Source: a virus. Taken from it: a stretch of DNA of 64,000 nucleotides. The translations under genes were made by a program, and so were the position numbers. The notes beneath the pieces are model-generated. The model did not search any database. It was not told the DNA's origin and saw only the letters and a list, made by a program, of their open reading frames with translations. The DNA is taken from positions 1-64,000 of the IMG/VR virus record IMGVR_UViG_3300022821_000015, one strand, 5' to 3'. How positions within the stretch are numbered: the first letter of the stretch is position 1; each line of letters begins with the position of its first letter. This document shows, piece by piece, positions 1-9,121 of this stretch.

Positions 1-556
1 GGACCAACTCATCAACCGTCTTCTTGTATGTGTCAATGGGCAGGATACCATCACTGTATCGGGTGTTTGCATTTAGTTTACATGCACCTTTTTCGGCAGC
101 AAGGTCTGCGCTTGCTTTGATAAGATAGTAACTCCACGCTTCGGCATACTCGTCAATCAACTCCAAGTTTGGTTCAGAATATGATGAGTCGTGCTTGGCA
201 AGGAAGTATGCTAGGTTGATGATCCCTACACCTAATGGTCTATAACCTTTTGAATGTAGTTCAGCAGCAAGCACTGGATACTTCTGGTAATCAAGTAATG
301 CGTCTAGTCCACGCACCGCAAGTTCACAAGGACGCTTGAAGTCTGATGGTTCTTTAACATTTCCCCAATTCATAGCCGACAATGTACATAAAGCAATCAA
401 TCCATCCTCGTCTTTTAAATCTATAAGTGGCTTAGTTGGTAGGGCAATCTCTTGACAGTTATGAACCAACACATCGTTAGCAAAAAAGTTTTCTGTGTCT
501 TTTACTGTTATGTCGTATACGGCTTCTCGTTTTGCTAATTTAGTTACTTTTGCCAT
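1..556 (-). CDS. nrdA: NrdA fragment C (partial): split-intein IntC (33 aa) + C-terminal extein of ribonucleotide reductase class Ia alpha
   Basis: Not in the ORF track. Hand translation from ATG 556: MAKVTKLAKREAVYDITVKDTENFFANDVLVHN|CQEIALPTKPL...IALCTLSAMNWG...RPLGVGIINLAYFLA; runs off the window edge. Confidence 0.93.
   Translation of the reverse strand, partial: MAKVTKLAKREAVYDITVKDTENFFANDVLVHNCQEIALPTKPLIDLKDEDGLIALCTLSAMNWGNVKEPSDFKRPCELAVRGLDALLDYQKYPVLAAELHSKGYRPLGVGIINLAYFLAKHDSSYSEPNLELIDEYAEAWSYYLIKASADLAAEKGACKLNANTRYSDGILPIDTYKKTVDELV
458..556 (-). mobile_element. Split intein C-half (NrdA site 3)
   Basis: VYDITV...NFFANDVLVHN followed by +1 Cys. Confidence 0.93.
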
Positions 557-2426
557 TTATCATTCTTCCTTGTTTCCATCCAGTTTCTAAATGTTTATTC
601 AACTTATCTTTATGAATTCTCTTGTTCTCATCGTCTTTAGTAACCCACGTATATTGCTTATTAGTATCCGAGGCATATTTATCCTTTATGTCTAGAAATG
701 ACAATAGAACATCAGTTTCCGTTAATTCCCTAGCAGCAACATACCCTCTGTTTTCTGTCCAAAACAAATGATCGCCCGTGCAGACAACTGACTGCATACC
801 ATCATCTGTTTCAACCTTATAAAGCTCCGCGTCTGGATTCGTCATACCAAACGCAGTTATAGATTGAAACTCAACGGTATTTGTCTTGGTATTATATGAC
901 TTAACCAAAACTGTTTCATATTTCTTAATGAATTTATCTACTTCGTGAATTTCGATTGAAAAGATTTCATTATCACATTTTACCGTTATCTTAGTATCTG
1001 CTACCAGACAAAGATTACTCATACGCACTGCGGCTACATCTGGTTTGAATGATGAATGGTCGTTGACGTTATCTACATTCATAAGATATATACGACCAGT
1101 ATTCTTTCGTTCTTCCATAAATGCAGAGAACAGTTCTGATGCTTTTACACGTTTCTTGCGAATGTAGTTATTCTTTTCAGCACGTTCGTATAGTTCTTTG
1201 AACTTATCTTGATCATTAAAGAAGGATTCGTATAGGCCCGGAACATCGCTTGGGCTGAATAATGTAATATCGGCATTTTGGATAAGGCGCTCATAAAACA
1301 ACTTACTGAACTGCACTGAGTAATCAATGTGGCGCACACGATTATCGTCGGTGCCTTTGTTGTTCTTTAGCACGAGTAGGTCTTCTACTTCATAATGCCA
1401 GATGGGATAATGAAGTGTTGCACTATTATGAACAACCATCATCTTATCTGGATTTTTCCCGGCGTAATAATTCTCGGTAACATCTACTGAAAAATCAGCA
1501 AATTCCGGGGTAATATTGGCAGGACGAAGTTTTGTGATTGTAGATTTTTCGGTGTTTGTCCAACAAATATCCCCAACTACAAGATGTTCGGCATCCACAT
1601 AATCCCAAATTTCGTTTCTAAAGACAAGGGTTGGATGAATCGTGCTTGTAATGACAGATGTGCCATTTTCAAGCATGATTTGTATTTGATTTGTTGATGG
1701 CACAAACGGTCGCATGGTGGCTTTAACAAAGTTATATTCATCCATGCCTGATTCAATATTTCGGGAGAGGACATACTCACCCTCACTGACATTTGTTATT
1801 TTTGTATTATTCGTTAATAAACGCATTTGCATTGATGCATTTTTTATTTCCTCATTTGTCATATTGGCCAATGTATCTATTAAATGTTTTACACTAACCT
1901 CATTGTTATTTATACGAATAGTGTCGGAAATATTATAAAATTTTCCTGCATGTTCTAACCCAGAACACGTTTTTACATAAGAATCTGCGCTAACACACCC
2001 ACCACGCACACCGCCTTGTGAATTATGAGTGAGTACCATTTCACCATCGTGTGTCTCGGACGCAAAGAAAGTGTGAGTGTCCTCTACTGTAATATCAATG
2101 TAATCTTCTGTTTGATTATCGTTTTCACATGAATAAAGATAGGTAACTCCGTTGTCAGTGATGATTTCATCAAGCTCTGTTATTTCATCTGGTTTCTTCT
2201 CTACCACATTGCTACCCAGTTGAATCATGATAGGGTGGTTTTCTGAACAGTGAATTACTGTTCCATTAGTAAATTCCAACTTTCGTTGGGCAGACTTTTG
2301 AACTATGGTGTTCCATACATCTGTAACTTGTTTGAAAACAATAATATCTTTATCTTTATCTTTTGTTTTTATTTTCATACCCGCCCGAAGGTCCGATAAT
2401 TTAATTCTCTTAGATTTTTTTGTCAT
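540..2426 (-). CDS. nrdA: NrdA fragment B: IntC(135 aa)-SQGGVRGG-cis intein(191 aa)-extein(138 aa)-IntN(156 aa)
   Basis: Exteins SQGGVRGG, SATLHYPIWH...LKNNKG...ERKNTGRIY...MSNL match class Ia NrdA; likely start is ATG 2426 (MTKKSK) rather than 2465. Confidence 0.93.
   Translation of the reverse strand: MTKKSKRIKLSDLRAGMKIKTKDKDKDIIVFKQVTDVWNTIVQKSAQRKLEFTNGTVIHCSENHPIMIQLGSNVVEKKPDEITELDEIITDNGVTYLYSCENDNQTEDYIDITVEDTHTFFASETHDGEMVLTHNSQGGVRGGCVSADSYVKTCSGLEHAGKFYNISDTIRINNNEVSVKHLIDTLANMTNEEIKNASMQMRLLTNNTKITNVSEGEYVLSRNIESGMDEYNFVKATMRPFVPSTNQIQIMLENGTSVITSTIHPTLVFRNEIWDYVDAEHLVVGDICWTNTEKSTITKLRPANITPEFADFSVDVTENYYAGKNPDKMMVVHNSATLHYPIWHYEVEDLLVLKNNKGTDDNRVRHIDYSVQFSKLFYERLIQNADITLFSPSDVPGLYESFFNDQDKFKELYERAEKNNYIRKKRVKASELFSAFMEERKNTGRIYLMNVDNVNDHSSFKPDVAAVRMSNLCLVADTKITVKCDNEIFSIEIHEVDKFIKKYETVLVKSYNTKTNTVEFQSITAFGMTNPDAELYKVETDDGMQSVVCTGDHLFWTENRGYVAARELTETDVLLSFLDIKDKYASDTNKQYTWVTKDDENKRIHKDKLNKHLETGWKQGRMINGKSN
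543..1010 (-). mobile_element. Split intein N-half (NrdA site 3, at SNL|C) with a C-terminal endonuclease remnant
   Basis: CLVADTKITV block A, CTGDHLFWT block B, no terminal HN; tail WVTKDDENKRIHKDKLNKHLETGWKQGR. Confidence 0.9.
1425..1997 (-). mobile_element. Contiguous intein without a recognisable endonuclease domain (NrdA site 2)
   Basis: CVSADSYV...TSTIHP...DFSVDVTENYYAG...VVHN|S. Confidence 0.9.
2022..2426 (-). mobile_element. Atypical split intein C-half (NrdA site 1)
   Basis: Has block B (CSENHP) and blocks F/G (YIDITVEDTHTFFA...LTHN|S) but no N-terminal Cys. Confidence 0.9.
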
Positions 2427-2574
2427 TTTTTTTATACCTTTTGATTTCTTCTGTAGTCCATTCATGAATTTTTGTCATATGATTAGTAAAATTTCCAGCC
2501 ATAAATTTGTGACCATCTTTGCATCCAAAGGGACATGATATTTTATGTTTCTCTTGAACTCCGGGCATATTCAT
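2410..2574 (-). CDS. 54-aa C2H2 zinc-finger-like protein between the NrdA site-1 intein halves (probable endonuclease remnant)
   Basis: Hand translation MNMPGVQEKHKISCPFGCKDGHKFMAGNFTNHMTKIHEWTTEEIKRYKKNDKKI; GGGAG SD upstream. Confidence 0.6.
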   Translation of the reverse strand: MNMPGVQEKHKISCPFGCKDGHKFMAGNFTNHMTKIHEWTTEEIKRYKKNDKKI

Positions 2575-2579
2575 TGCAC

Positions 2580-3518
2580 TTACTCCCCCTTGCGTTCCAA
2601 ATCATCAGTTTCATCAAGAATTTCCACATAAGTATCTGGTTTTAGACAACATGATTTTACTGCGGTTTGGAAATGCTTAAAGAACGGAATGACACCTGTA
2701 TGATATGCATCGCCATTACGAATAGACGCACCGATAGCACGAATACTACCAGCGCCGATACCGATGCCAGCCTTTTGTGATACATATTTCACAATAGCGG
2801 AAGATGACGCATTAATGGAATCCAATGAATCGCCTGTTTCGATTAACACACACGAACTGAATTGTCGTTGCGGTGTTCGTACACCAGCCATAATAGGTGT
2901 AGGCAACGAGATATCAAATGTTGATATAGCATCGTAATAATCTTTTACCCATTGTAGTCTGTCTTTTTCATAATGACTGAATAGGCTCATTGCTACTAGC
3001 ATATAGCACATTTGTGGTGTTTCGAAGATTTCTTTAGTGACACGGTTTTGGACAAGATACTTGCCTCTAAACTGTTCCATAGCGGCGTATGTTAGGTCAT
3101 TATCTCGGACGTGTCGGATGTATGAGTTTAGTAGTTCATATTCTTTTTCATCGTATGCAGATAGAAGTTCGGGGTCATAAAAACCACTCTTAACATTCTT
3201 CTCTACCAGTTGACGCAATGCCCACGGTTCATATTGTCCGTATACTTGTTTACGTAGATGATAGTTAATCAGACGACCGCCAACATATTGGTAGTTTGGT
3301 GTCTCTTCGGAGATTAAATCTGCTGCTGATTTGATTAATGTTTCTTGAATGTCGGTTGATTTAATGCCATTATAGAATTGGATTTGGGAACGAATTTCTA
3401 CTTCTGAAGGCGACACTCCTGTAATGCCATCACACGCATTGAATACTACCTTATGTAGTTTTTCAATATCAAGTGTTTCTTTATCCCCTGTGCGTTTTGT
3501 TACAGTTATGTCTGTCAT
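2580..3518 (-). CDS. nrdA: NrdA fragment A (ATP cone + N-terminal extein) ending in a 22-aa IntN
   Basis: VTKRTG ATP cone, ETPQ, PTPIMAGVRTPQRQFSSC, AGIG, AVKSC|CLKPDTYVEILDE. Confidence 0.95.
   Translation of the reverse strand: MTDITVTKRTGDKETLDIEKLHKVVFNACDGITGVSPSEVEIRSQIQFYNGIKSTDIQETLIKSAADLISEETPNYQYVGGRLINYHLRKQVYGQYEPWALRQLVEKNVKSGFYDPELLSAYDEKEYELLNSYIRHVRDNDLTYAAMEQFRGKYLVQNRVTKEIFETPQMCYMLVAMSLFSHYEKDRLQWVKDYYDAISTFDISLPTPIMAGVRTPQRQFSSCVLIETGDSLDSINASSSAIVKYVSQKAGIGIGAGSIRAIGASIRNGDAYHTGVIPFFKHFQTAVKSCCLKPDTYVEILDETDDLERKGE
2583..2648 (-). mobile_element. Atypical short split intein N-half (NrdA site 1)
   Basis: CLKPDTYVEILDETDDLERKGE then stop; block A only. Confidence 0.88.
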
Positions 3519-4321
3519 ATTAATCCTATCTTTTTATATCGTTCTATTGTCATATCCAAATACTCAAGAGAGTTATCAATTCCAATATATTTTCTACCAT
3601 TATTTACGGCGGCGATCCCTGTCGTGCCACTACCAGAAAACGGGTCAAGAATAGTATCCCCTTCTACTGATACCAGCTTCAACATCCATTCTGCCAATGG
3701 CACTGGATATGCTGCTGGATGGCTATGTTCTTTTTTGGCATTATTTGATACAGAGATTTCAACATAATCTTTACATCGGGTAAACCCTGCCTGTGGTTCT
3801 TTATCATCGGTGAACCCACTGCCCCATTGTTTTAGTGATTGTCCAACATCTTGTTTACGAAACGAGATATTTTTGGAGAATGTGCCGTTAGCCTTTGGGT
3901 ATGCGTTCGGTTTGCCTGTGTTAGAAAACCACAGAATTCTTTCCCATGATCGTCTTGGTCGGTTGATATTGCCGACAGGGGGGCCATCTGGTTTGATCCA
4001 AATAAGTTCTTCACATTCTTTCCATCCACTTTCTCTAACAGCCAGTCGTGTTCTCAAAACGTAATCTGATATTTCGCCTTTTGAAATATTTTCACGAATG
4101 TTAATCAAACAACTTCCTGTGTCGGAAATCAACGGCTTTACCTTACTCATCCAATCGGTTGTCCATGCTGGATATTTATCTTCACTCACTCCATTATAGA
4201 ATTTTTTGCGCTGTTCGGCATAAGGCGGCGACGTTACCAACGAAGTGAAACTTACATCACTGATATCAGTAACATCGCCATGATAAAGTGTTATATTGTC
4301 CGTTTCGAATACTTTTCTCAT
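3515..4321 (-). CDS. DNA amino-methyltransferase, beta class (N4-C/N6-A)
   Basis: TSPPY catalytic motif precedes HPA and ILDPFSGSGTTG SAM-binding motif. Confidence 0.92.
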   Translation of the reverse strand: MRKVFETDNITLYHGDVTDISDVSFTSLVTSPPYAEQRKKFYNGVSEDKYPAWTTDWMSKVKPLISDTGSCLINIRENISKGEISDYVLRTRLAVRESGWKECEELIWIKPDGPPVGNINRPRRSWERILWFSNTGKPNAYPKANGTFSKNISFRKQDVGQSLKQWGSGFTDDKEPQAGFTRCKDYVEISVSNNAKKEHSHPAAYPVPLAEWMLKLVSVEGDTILDPFSGSGTTGIAAVNNGRKYIGIDNSLEYLDMTIERYKKIGLI

Positions 4322-5082
4322 TATTTTTTCATCTTTGTTATAATCATTTTTAGATCATCTGGGTTGTCGAGATTGACGGTCGATTTATAGTTTTTCCAAT
4401 ATTTTTTGTCAGTAAGTCTATACTGAACCCTTAAACCGACTGACCGAACTTTTAAGTTTAATTTCTTGCTCAAGCGTGAACCACTAGGTCTTGTTTCAAT
4501 CTCAGATTTATTAGGACCATCAAAAAGCGGTGTCCCTAAATTTAATGTATCAGCACCGACGTGATACAGCCCAAGACCGCCGATTTGAATATAGTTATCG
4601 CCCTTTGACATCAAATAATTTCTGATGAATGTGCAATCTTCGTATTTCACGTGTGTAGTGCAATCTTTGCGAATTGGATTCTTATTGAACTTATCCCACG
4701 CTTCTACATCTACTGTAAACGGAAACCCGTCATTTTTGATTAGACTAACATCGTTGACGGATTCGACTAACTTTGCATAAGATTCAGTTTTATTATTTTC
4801 ATTAAGCACGGGCAACACGTTGTCACCAAGTGGATTGATTGCGTTTAATGAATTATCGCTGGTTTTGTATTGGATAGATGTTCCGCCCAACTGAGCATTC
4901 ATATTTAATTTAAGTTCTAGATTGAGAGCGTCGCCAGACTTGGTATTCATAATGGACAAGTCGTGGTTCTTAGAGTTGCCACCTGCGAGTATTGACATAT
5001 CGGTAGTTAAGCCCAAGCTAGAAATAAGCGAGGTGCCGCAAGCTACAACTGTATCTTCGTAAGTAAAACCTTTATTTTTCAT
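4321..5082 (-). CDS. Putative PD-(D/E)XK restriction-endonuclease-like protein
   Basis: GFTYE...HDLSI...NLELK pattern; TAATG overlap with the methyltransferase. Confidence 0.5.
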   Translation of the reverse strand: MKNKGFTYEDTVVACGTSLISSLGLTTDMSILAGGNSKNHDLSIMNTKSGDALNLELKLNMNAQLGGTSIQYKTSDNSLNAINPLGDNVLPVLNENNKTESYAKLVESVNDVSLIKNDGFPFTVDVEAWDKFNKNPIRKDCTTHVKYEDCTFIRNYLMSKGDNYIQIGGLGLYHVGADTLNLGTPLFDGPNKSEIETRPSGSRLSKKLNLKVRSVGLRVQYRLTDKKYWKNYKSTVNLDNPDDLKMIITKMKK

Positions 5083-5160
5083 TTTTATTTTCCTGTAATT
5101 ATTTAATATAGTTATTATACCACTCCTGATATACGTACTTCCATATAAAAATAAATTAGA

Positions 5161-5586
5161 TTATTGTTTGTCTATGTCTTTGGAATCGTATTGAAATAGT
5201 GGCAATATTTCAATTTGTTCTTTACTTATTACTTGCCCATAGTCATAATTTAGAACATAATCTTGAACCATTACTGTATTGGTTATTCCTTCTGGAAGCT
5301 TATAAACACTATATATTATATCATTTTTATCGAATAGTTCGCTATATAATATTGTATAAAATATACCAAGAGCCACGCCAACATCATCATAATGATTGTC
5401 ATTAATGAGTTCCCAAGCGGTTGGCCAAGTTTCTGGTAGGTCGCTTGCAAAGTATTGATTACTTAAAGGTGCGGTTGACCATAAAGTAGCAACATCCTGT
5501 AAGCATTGAAGTGTATCGGAGCCATCAAGGTCCATACGAAATCTACGCCAGTATTTAAGTCTTTCTTCCGAAGAAAGGTTGAACAT
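5161..5586 (-). CDS. Conserved hypothetical phage protein
   Basis: Clean ORF; TAAATA 5 nt before the ATG. Confidence 0.7.
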   Translation of the reverse strand: MFNLSSEERLKYWRRFRMDLDGSDTLQCLQDVATLWSTAPLSNQYFASDLPETWPTAWELINDNHYDDVGVALGIFYTILYSELFDKNDIIYSVYKLPEGITNTVMVQDYVLNYDYGQVISKEQIEILPLFQYDSKDIDKQ

Positions 5587-5614
5587 AAAGGTATTTAGAC
5601 TTGTTTAAATGCGG

Positions 5615-7174
5615 TTATACAAATGTGCGGATGCTGTATGTCATAGTCGCATCGGCACCCGTATCAGTGTAGTAATATAATGTTGTTGTGCCAGCGGCAT
5701 TAACAAGGCTGAAGTTAAATCCAACATCGCCATTGTTTTCGTCATATTCTTCACTAAGCACTTGGTTTGAACTATCGTGTGTGATACGAAGGACACCATT
5801 GCGCACGGCTGAACCTCGTGTAATAGTATATTCAATCTCGACATACTTTTCGTTGGTATCACTGAACGACAACCCTGCGGTTACGATAGCTGATGCTGTA
5901 TCAACTAATGATATAGTTGCGCCCGGTGTTCTTTCTAGTTTACCAAACTTCATACGCTCTTGGTCAAATGACAACGATGCTGCGCCATTGTTTTCAATGC
6001 GAGCAAAGGTAGCGTCATCTGCGTTCGAACGTTCAAATATATCACCGATACTATAGCAATCGCCAGAAAGGAAATCAATAACAGGCGTGGCTGGTGAGCC
6101 AGCACCTGCGCCACTATTGCCAACGTCATTAAAGAAGTTGAATGCGGTGGAAACCTTGCCGTCATAAACGTGGATACCACGGTCATACACATTATCAAAG
6201 GTTGAGTTAATGATTTTAACACCCTTTGGGGTTGTACTTGAATCATCAAGTCCAATCACTGCGCCTTTGAATAAGTTTTCAAAGCGACATCCAGAAAACA
6301 CAACTGAACGAACTTCATCATCGATTTGTGCACCATACGAGTTATTTTCAAAAATACAGTTGTTGAACTTAATATTAGTGGAATACTTTGCGCCAAGGCT
6401 TTCTATGCGCACACATGCTTTGCCTGTACCTAGTGTCGTTGGAATAGATGCTGATTTATCACCAATGAATGTGCAGTTATCGAAATGCATATTATTAACT
6501 TGGTCTACAAGGAAGCAATCTGTATCGGCACCAGCTTCAAATACCATATTCATAATGGTAATATCACGTGGTTGTGTCGCACCAGCAGTAGCGATGTTTG
6601 CACCTATTTGGTTTTTACTATCGGCGGTTTGTGCTACATTAGTGATAGCCGAACCAGTTCTCTTAATAATAGATGAACGTGTTCCTTCGCCTACGAGTGT
6701 AGCATATGCTGGTATTCTGATTGCATCGGTTTGCACAATATATGTTCCTGCGGGAAAGAACAATCTGCGGCGTGTGGCTTGGAATGTTTGCGTAACGAAT
6801 ATATCGGTTAATGCACGGTTAATCGCATCAGTGTCGTCGGTAGCACCATCGCCCAGTGCGCCATAATCACGAACGGTAACGAAGTCGTCTAGTTTATCCT
6901 GTAATGAACGCACGGTAGGAGAACTAGAGCTTACGCCAGTTTGTGCTGTATATCCAATATCACTATCGGCATAGGTGTAACTTGATGTTTCACCGACACT
7001 TGAGTTTTCTGTTAGGATTTGAATGTTTTGAATCGAAGGAGCATCGTCGCCGCCGTTACCAATATATAACTGTCGTGTGTCCACAGACCATCCGAACTCG
7101 CCAACGGCAAGTTGTGGAAGGTTTTCGTTTGTACCTTTCCGATGCGTAATTCTTGAAATTTGCGTAATAGCCAC
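5615..7174 (-). CDS. Virion fibre/spike protein with pectate-lyase-like beta-helix
   Basis: N-terminal LPQLAVGEFGWSVDTRQLYIGNG; VRDYGALGDGATDDTDAINRAL...LFFPAGTY; repetitive beta-helix pattern. Confidence 0.8.
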   Translation of the reverse strand: MAITQISRITHRKGTNENLPQLAVGEFGWSVDTRQLYIGNGGDDAPSIQNIQILTENSSVGETSSYTYADSDIGYTAQTGVSSSSPTVRSLQDKLDDFVTVRDYGALGDGATDDTDAINRALTDIFVTQTFQATRRRLFFPAGTYIVQTDAIRIPAYATLVGEGTRSSIIKRTGSAITNVAQTADSKNQIGANIATAGATQPRDITIMNMVFEAGADTDCFLVDQVNNMHFDNCTFIGDKSASIPTTLGTGKACVRIESLGAKYSTNIKFNNCIFENNSYGAQIDDEVRSVVFSGCRFENLFKGAVIGLDDSSTTPKGVKIINSTFDNVYDRGIHVYDGKVSTAFNFFNDVGNSGAGAGSPATPVIDFLSGDCYSIGDIFERSNADDATFARIENNGAASLSFDQERMKFGKLERTPGATISLVDTASAIVTAGLSFSDTNEKYVEIEYTITRGSAVRNGVLRITHDSSNQVLSEEYDENNGDVGFNFSLVNAAGTTTLYYYTDTGADATMTYSIRTFV

Positions 7175-7210
7175 TGATAAATCCTCGCTTTGAAGTATTT
7201 ATCAAAAAAG

Positions 7211-8000
7211 TTATTTAAAATCTGTATTTACTTTGCCAAATTTATAGTATGAAGGACACGACCCACATACCACAATAATCGCATTATGTATATGTGGTAT
7301 GAAAAACTCGCATACTTTTTATGATGGGAAACTATACAAGTGCGGGTTTATGCCATCAGTAACCAACTATTTTGAACAATACGGGTATGGCGAGGATGGG
7401 ATAAACTATATCAATACATCCCCCACACAAGTATTGATGATATTGATAGATTAAAGAAGCCCGAAGTCGTACGGCATAGGTTTGCCGTTTACCCACTCTT
7501 TTATTTGTATATTTTGGAAGGTGTGTGCGTCAGTTATTTGAATTATAAATCCTTCATCGCACATTAATTGAGAATTAGCTAATTCTATTTCATTGCCATC
7601 TCGGTCAGGAAATTTATTAATCGTGTGGATTGTTTGCCAGTTAGTTCCGTGACGTTTGAACTTTTCTATTTCATCCCATATATACGCATCAACTTTTTCT
7701 TCGTGAAAACTTATCTCTAGTACGGCATTGTTCTTAATACAAAAATCGAATAAATCAGGATGTTTGTTTATTTGAGTACCGTTACTAGTGATAAGAATAG
7801 ATGGTTCACGCCATAGAGAACGTATACCTTCTACCCAATGTTTTAAGTTTGGATGCAGTAATGGTTCGCCACCGATAATACCGATATGCCCAAAGCTGAT
7901 TTGTTCAGACCAAGGCTTATATAAGTCGTATGCAAACTCAACTCGACCCTTGACGTTATTATTATTGAAGCGATTGCAGTTTACGCAAGTGAGAGTAATA
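7211..8000 (-). pseudogene. Radical SAM gene with 5' deletion, internal 192-bp inversion (7274-7465) and frameshifts
   Basis: LTCVNCNRF and GGEPLLHP on minus; CGMKNSHTFYDGKLYKCG and WDKLYQY...KPE on plus; VVCGSCPSYY...DFK stop back on minus. Confidence 0.75.
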
Positions 8001-8696
8001 TTGATCCACTCTATCCCACCACATATGCATATACTTGTCGTATTCGGCACCTGTCAGATCAAATCGCTGAAACATCAAATCCTTTGTACACATTAGAATG
8101 ACACCACTGCGAATATTCGTCCCGAACATATCGTTGTGGGCTTCTCCGTATGCACATAGTTGCATAAAGTAGTCGTCAATCCATTCACGTTTCTTTGGTT
8201 TGTTTGATTGTTTGAAGTCAACAATAGATTCAGTTCCTTCAAATATACCGACAGCATCGGTTGTACCAGCATATAATCCACTGTAATATAATGGTGCCTC
8301 TACTGCCCAGCATTCATCTAGTTTATTCAAGCCCTCATCAATGACGATATTCGCCATCTTATATCCTTGTGATGTTAGGATTGTTTCACGTGGTGATTTT
8401 TGTTTCTTGATTGTTTCTTCGATGCTATCATTGATACAATATTCTTCAAGATATGTGTGCATTTTAGTTCCACGGTCTGCTGCTTCCTTGGTAATTTTTT
8501 GTGCAGTGCCTTTGCCGTGAATAGCATCGGTTCTTTTTTTCCAATCGTTTAGCTTCTTCCAATCCGCTTGTGGTTTGGTAGCTGATAAGATGGTAGTTAC
8601 TGATGCAACGGGAGTACCGTCAGGCGTCACATAATGCCGCTTGCCGTTTACTGTCTTCCTATTGATGGGTTTGTAATTGTAAATTGATTTTAACAT
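7962..8696 (-). CDS. PD-(D/E)XK exonuclease (T4-like phage exonuclease family)
   Basis: RHYVTPDG, SVTTILS, RGTKMH, YAGTTD, IVDFKQS, YFMQLCAY. Confidence 0.88.
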   Translation of the reverse strand: MLKSIYNYKPINRKTVNGKRHYVTPDGTPVASVTTILSATKPQADWKKLNDWKKRTDAIHGKGTAQKITKEAADRGTKMHTYLEEYCINDSIEETIKKQKSPRETILTSQGYKMANIVIDEGLNKLDECWAVEAPLYYSGLYAGTTDAVGIFEGTESIVDFKQSNKPKKREWIDDYFMQLCAYGEAHNDMFGTNIRSGVILMCTKDLMFQRFDLTGAEYDKYMHMWWDRVDQYYSHLRKLQSLQ

Positions 8697-8740
8697 AGAC
8701 TATTATACCATATTTGGATATAGTCAAGTCAATATAATAA

Positions 8741-9118
8741 TCACCACGTCAGCTGCCAATAGAATGTTGTGCTATTAGATGACTTACGAGAAATAGTGTA
8801 GCCCTTACCTTCGAACCATACAATCACTTCACGCATTTGCTCTGTCTTTGCTGCATCAGTAATCGTGCCTTTCCATACATTGTAGTATGATTGACCCGTA
8901 GCATTCTCTGCTGTCATTGTGCTTGCAGATACTGATGTTCCGCTAATGGTTGTGGCTGATACTGATGAATCGGTTAGTGCGCCGCCGAAATCAATGGTTA
9001 GATTTCCTGCGACAATAGCTTCAGTTACTGCGATTTCGAGAAGCATAACTTCTTCGAGTATTACTCGATTGCCTTGTCCACGTTCTCTTGCTTGTGCTGC
9101 TGTAGGGAAAAATGTCAT
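8741..9118 (-). CDS. Hypothetical, probably structural protein
   Basis: Clean ORF with AGGAAG SD. Confidence 0.65.
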   Translation of the reverse strand: MTFFPTAAQARERGQGNRVILEEVMLLEIAVTEAIVAGNLTIDFGGALTDSSVSATTISGTSVSASTMTAENATGQSYYNVWKGTITDAAKTEQMREVIVWFEGKGYTISRKSSNSTTFYWQLTW

Positions 9119-9121
9119 TGT

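Noticed and set aside
540-560. Sequencing frameshift within a contiguous intein
   Set aside because: IntC has its own ATG with an AGGAAG SD and IntN carries an endonuclease-like tail, which fits a true split; read confirmation is still desirable.
7274-7465. Invertase-controlled phase switch
   Set aside because: No proper inverted repeats or recombinase nearby, and other lesions inactivate the gene in either orientation.
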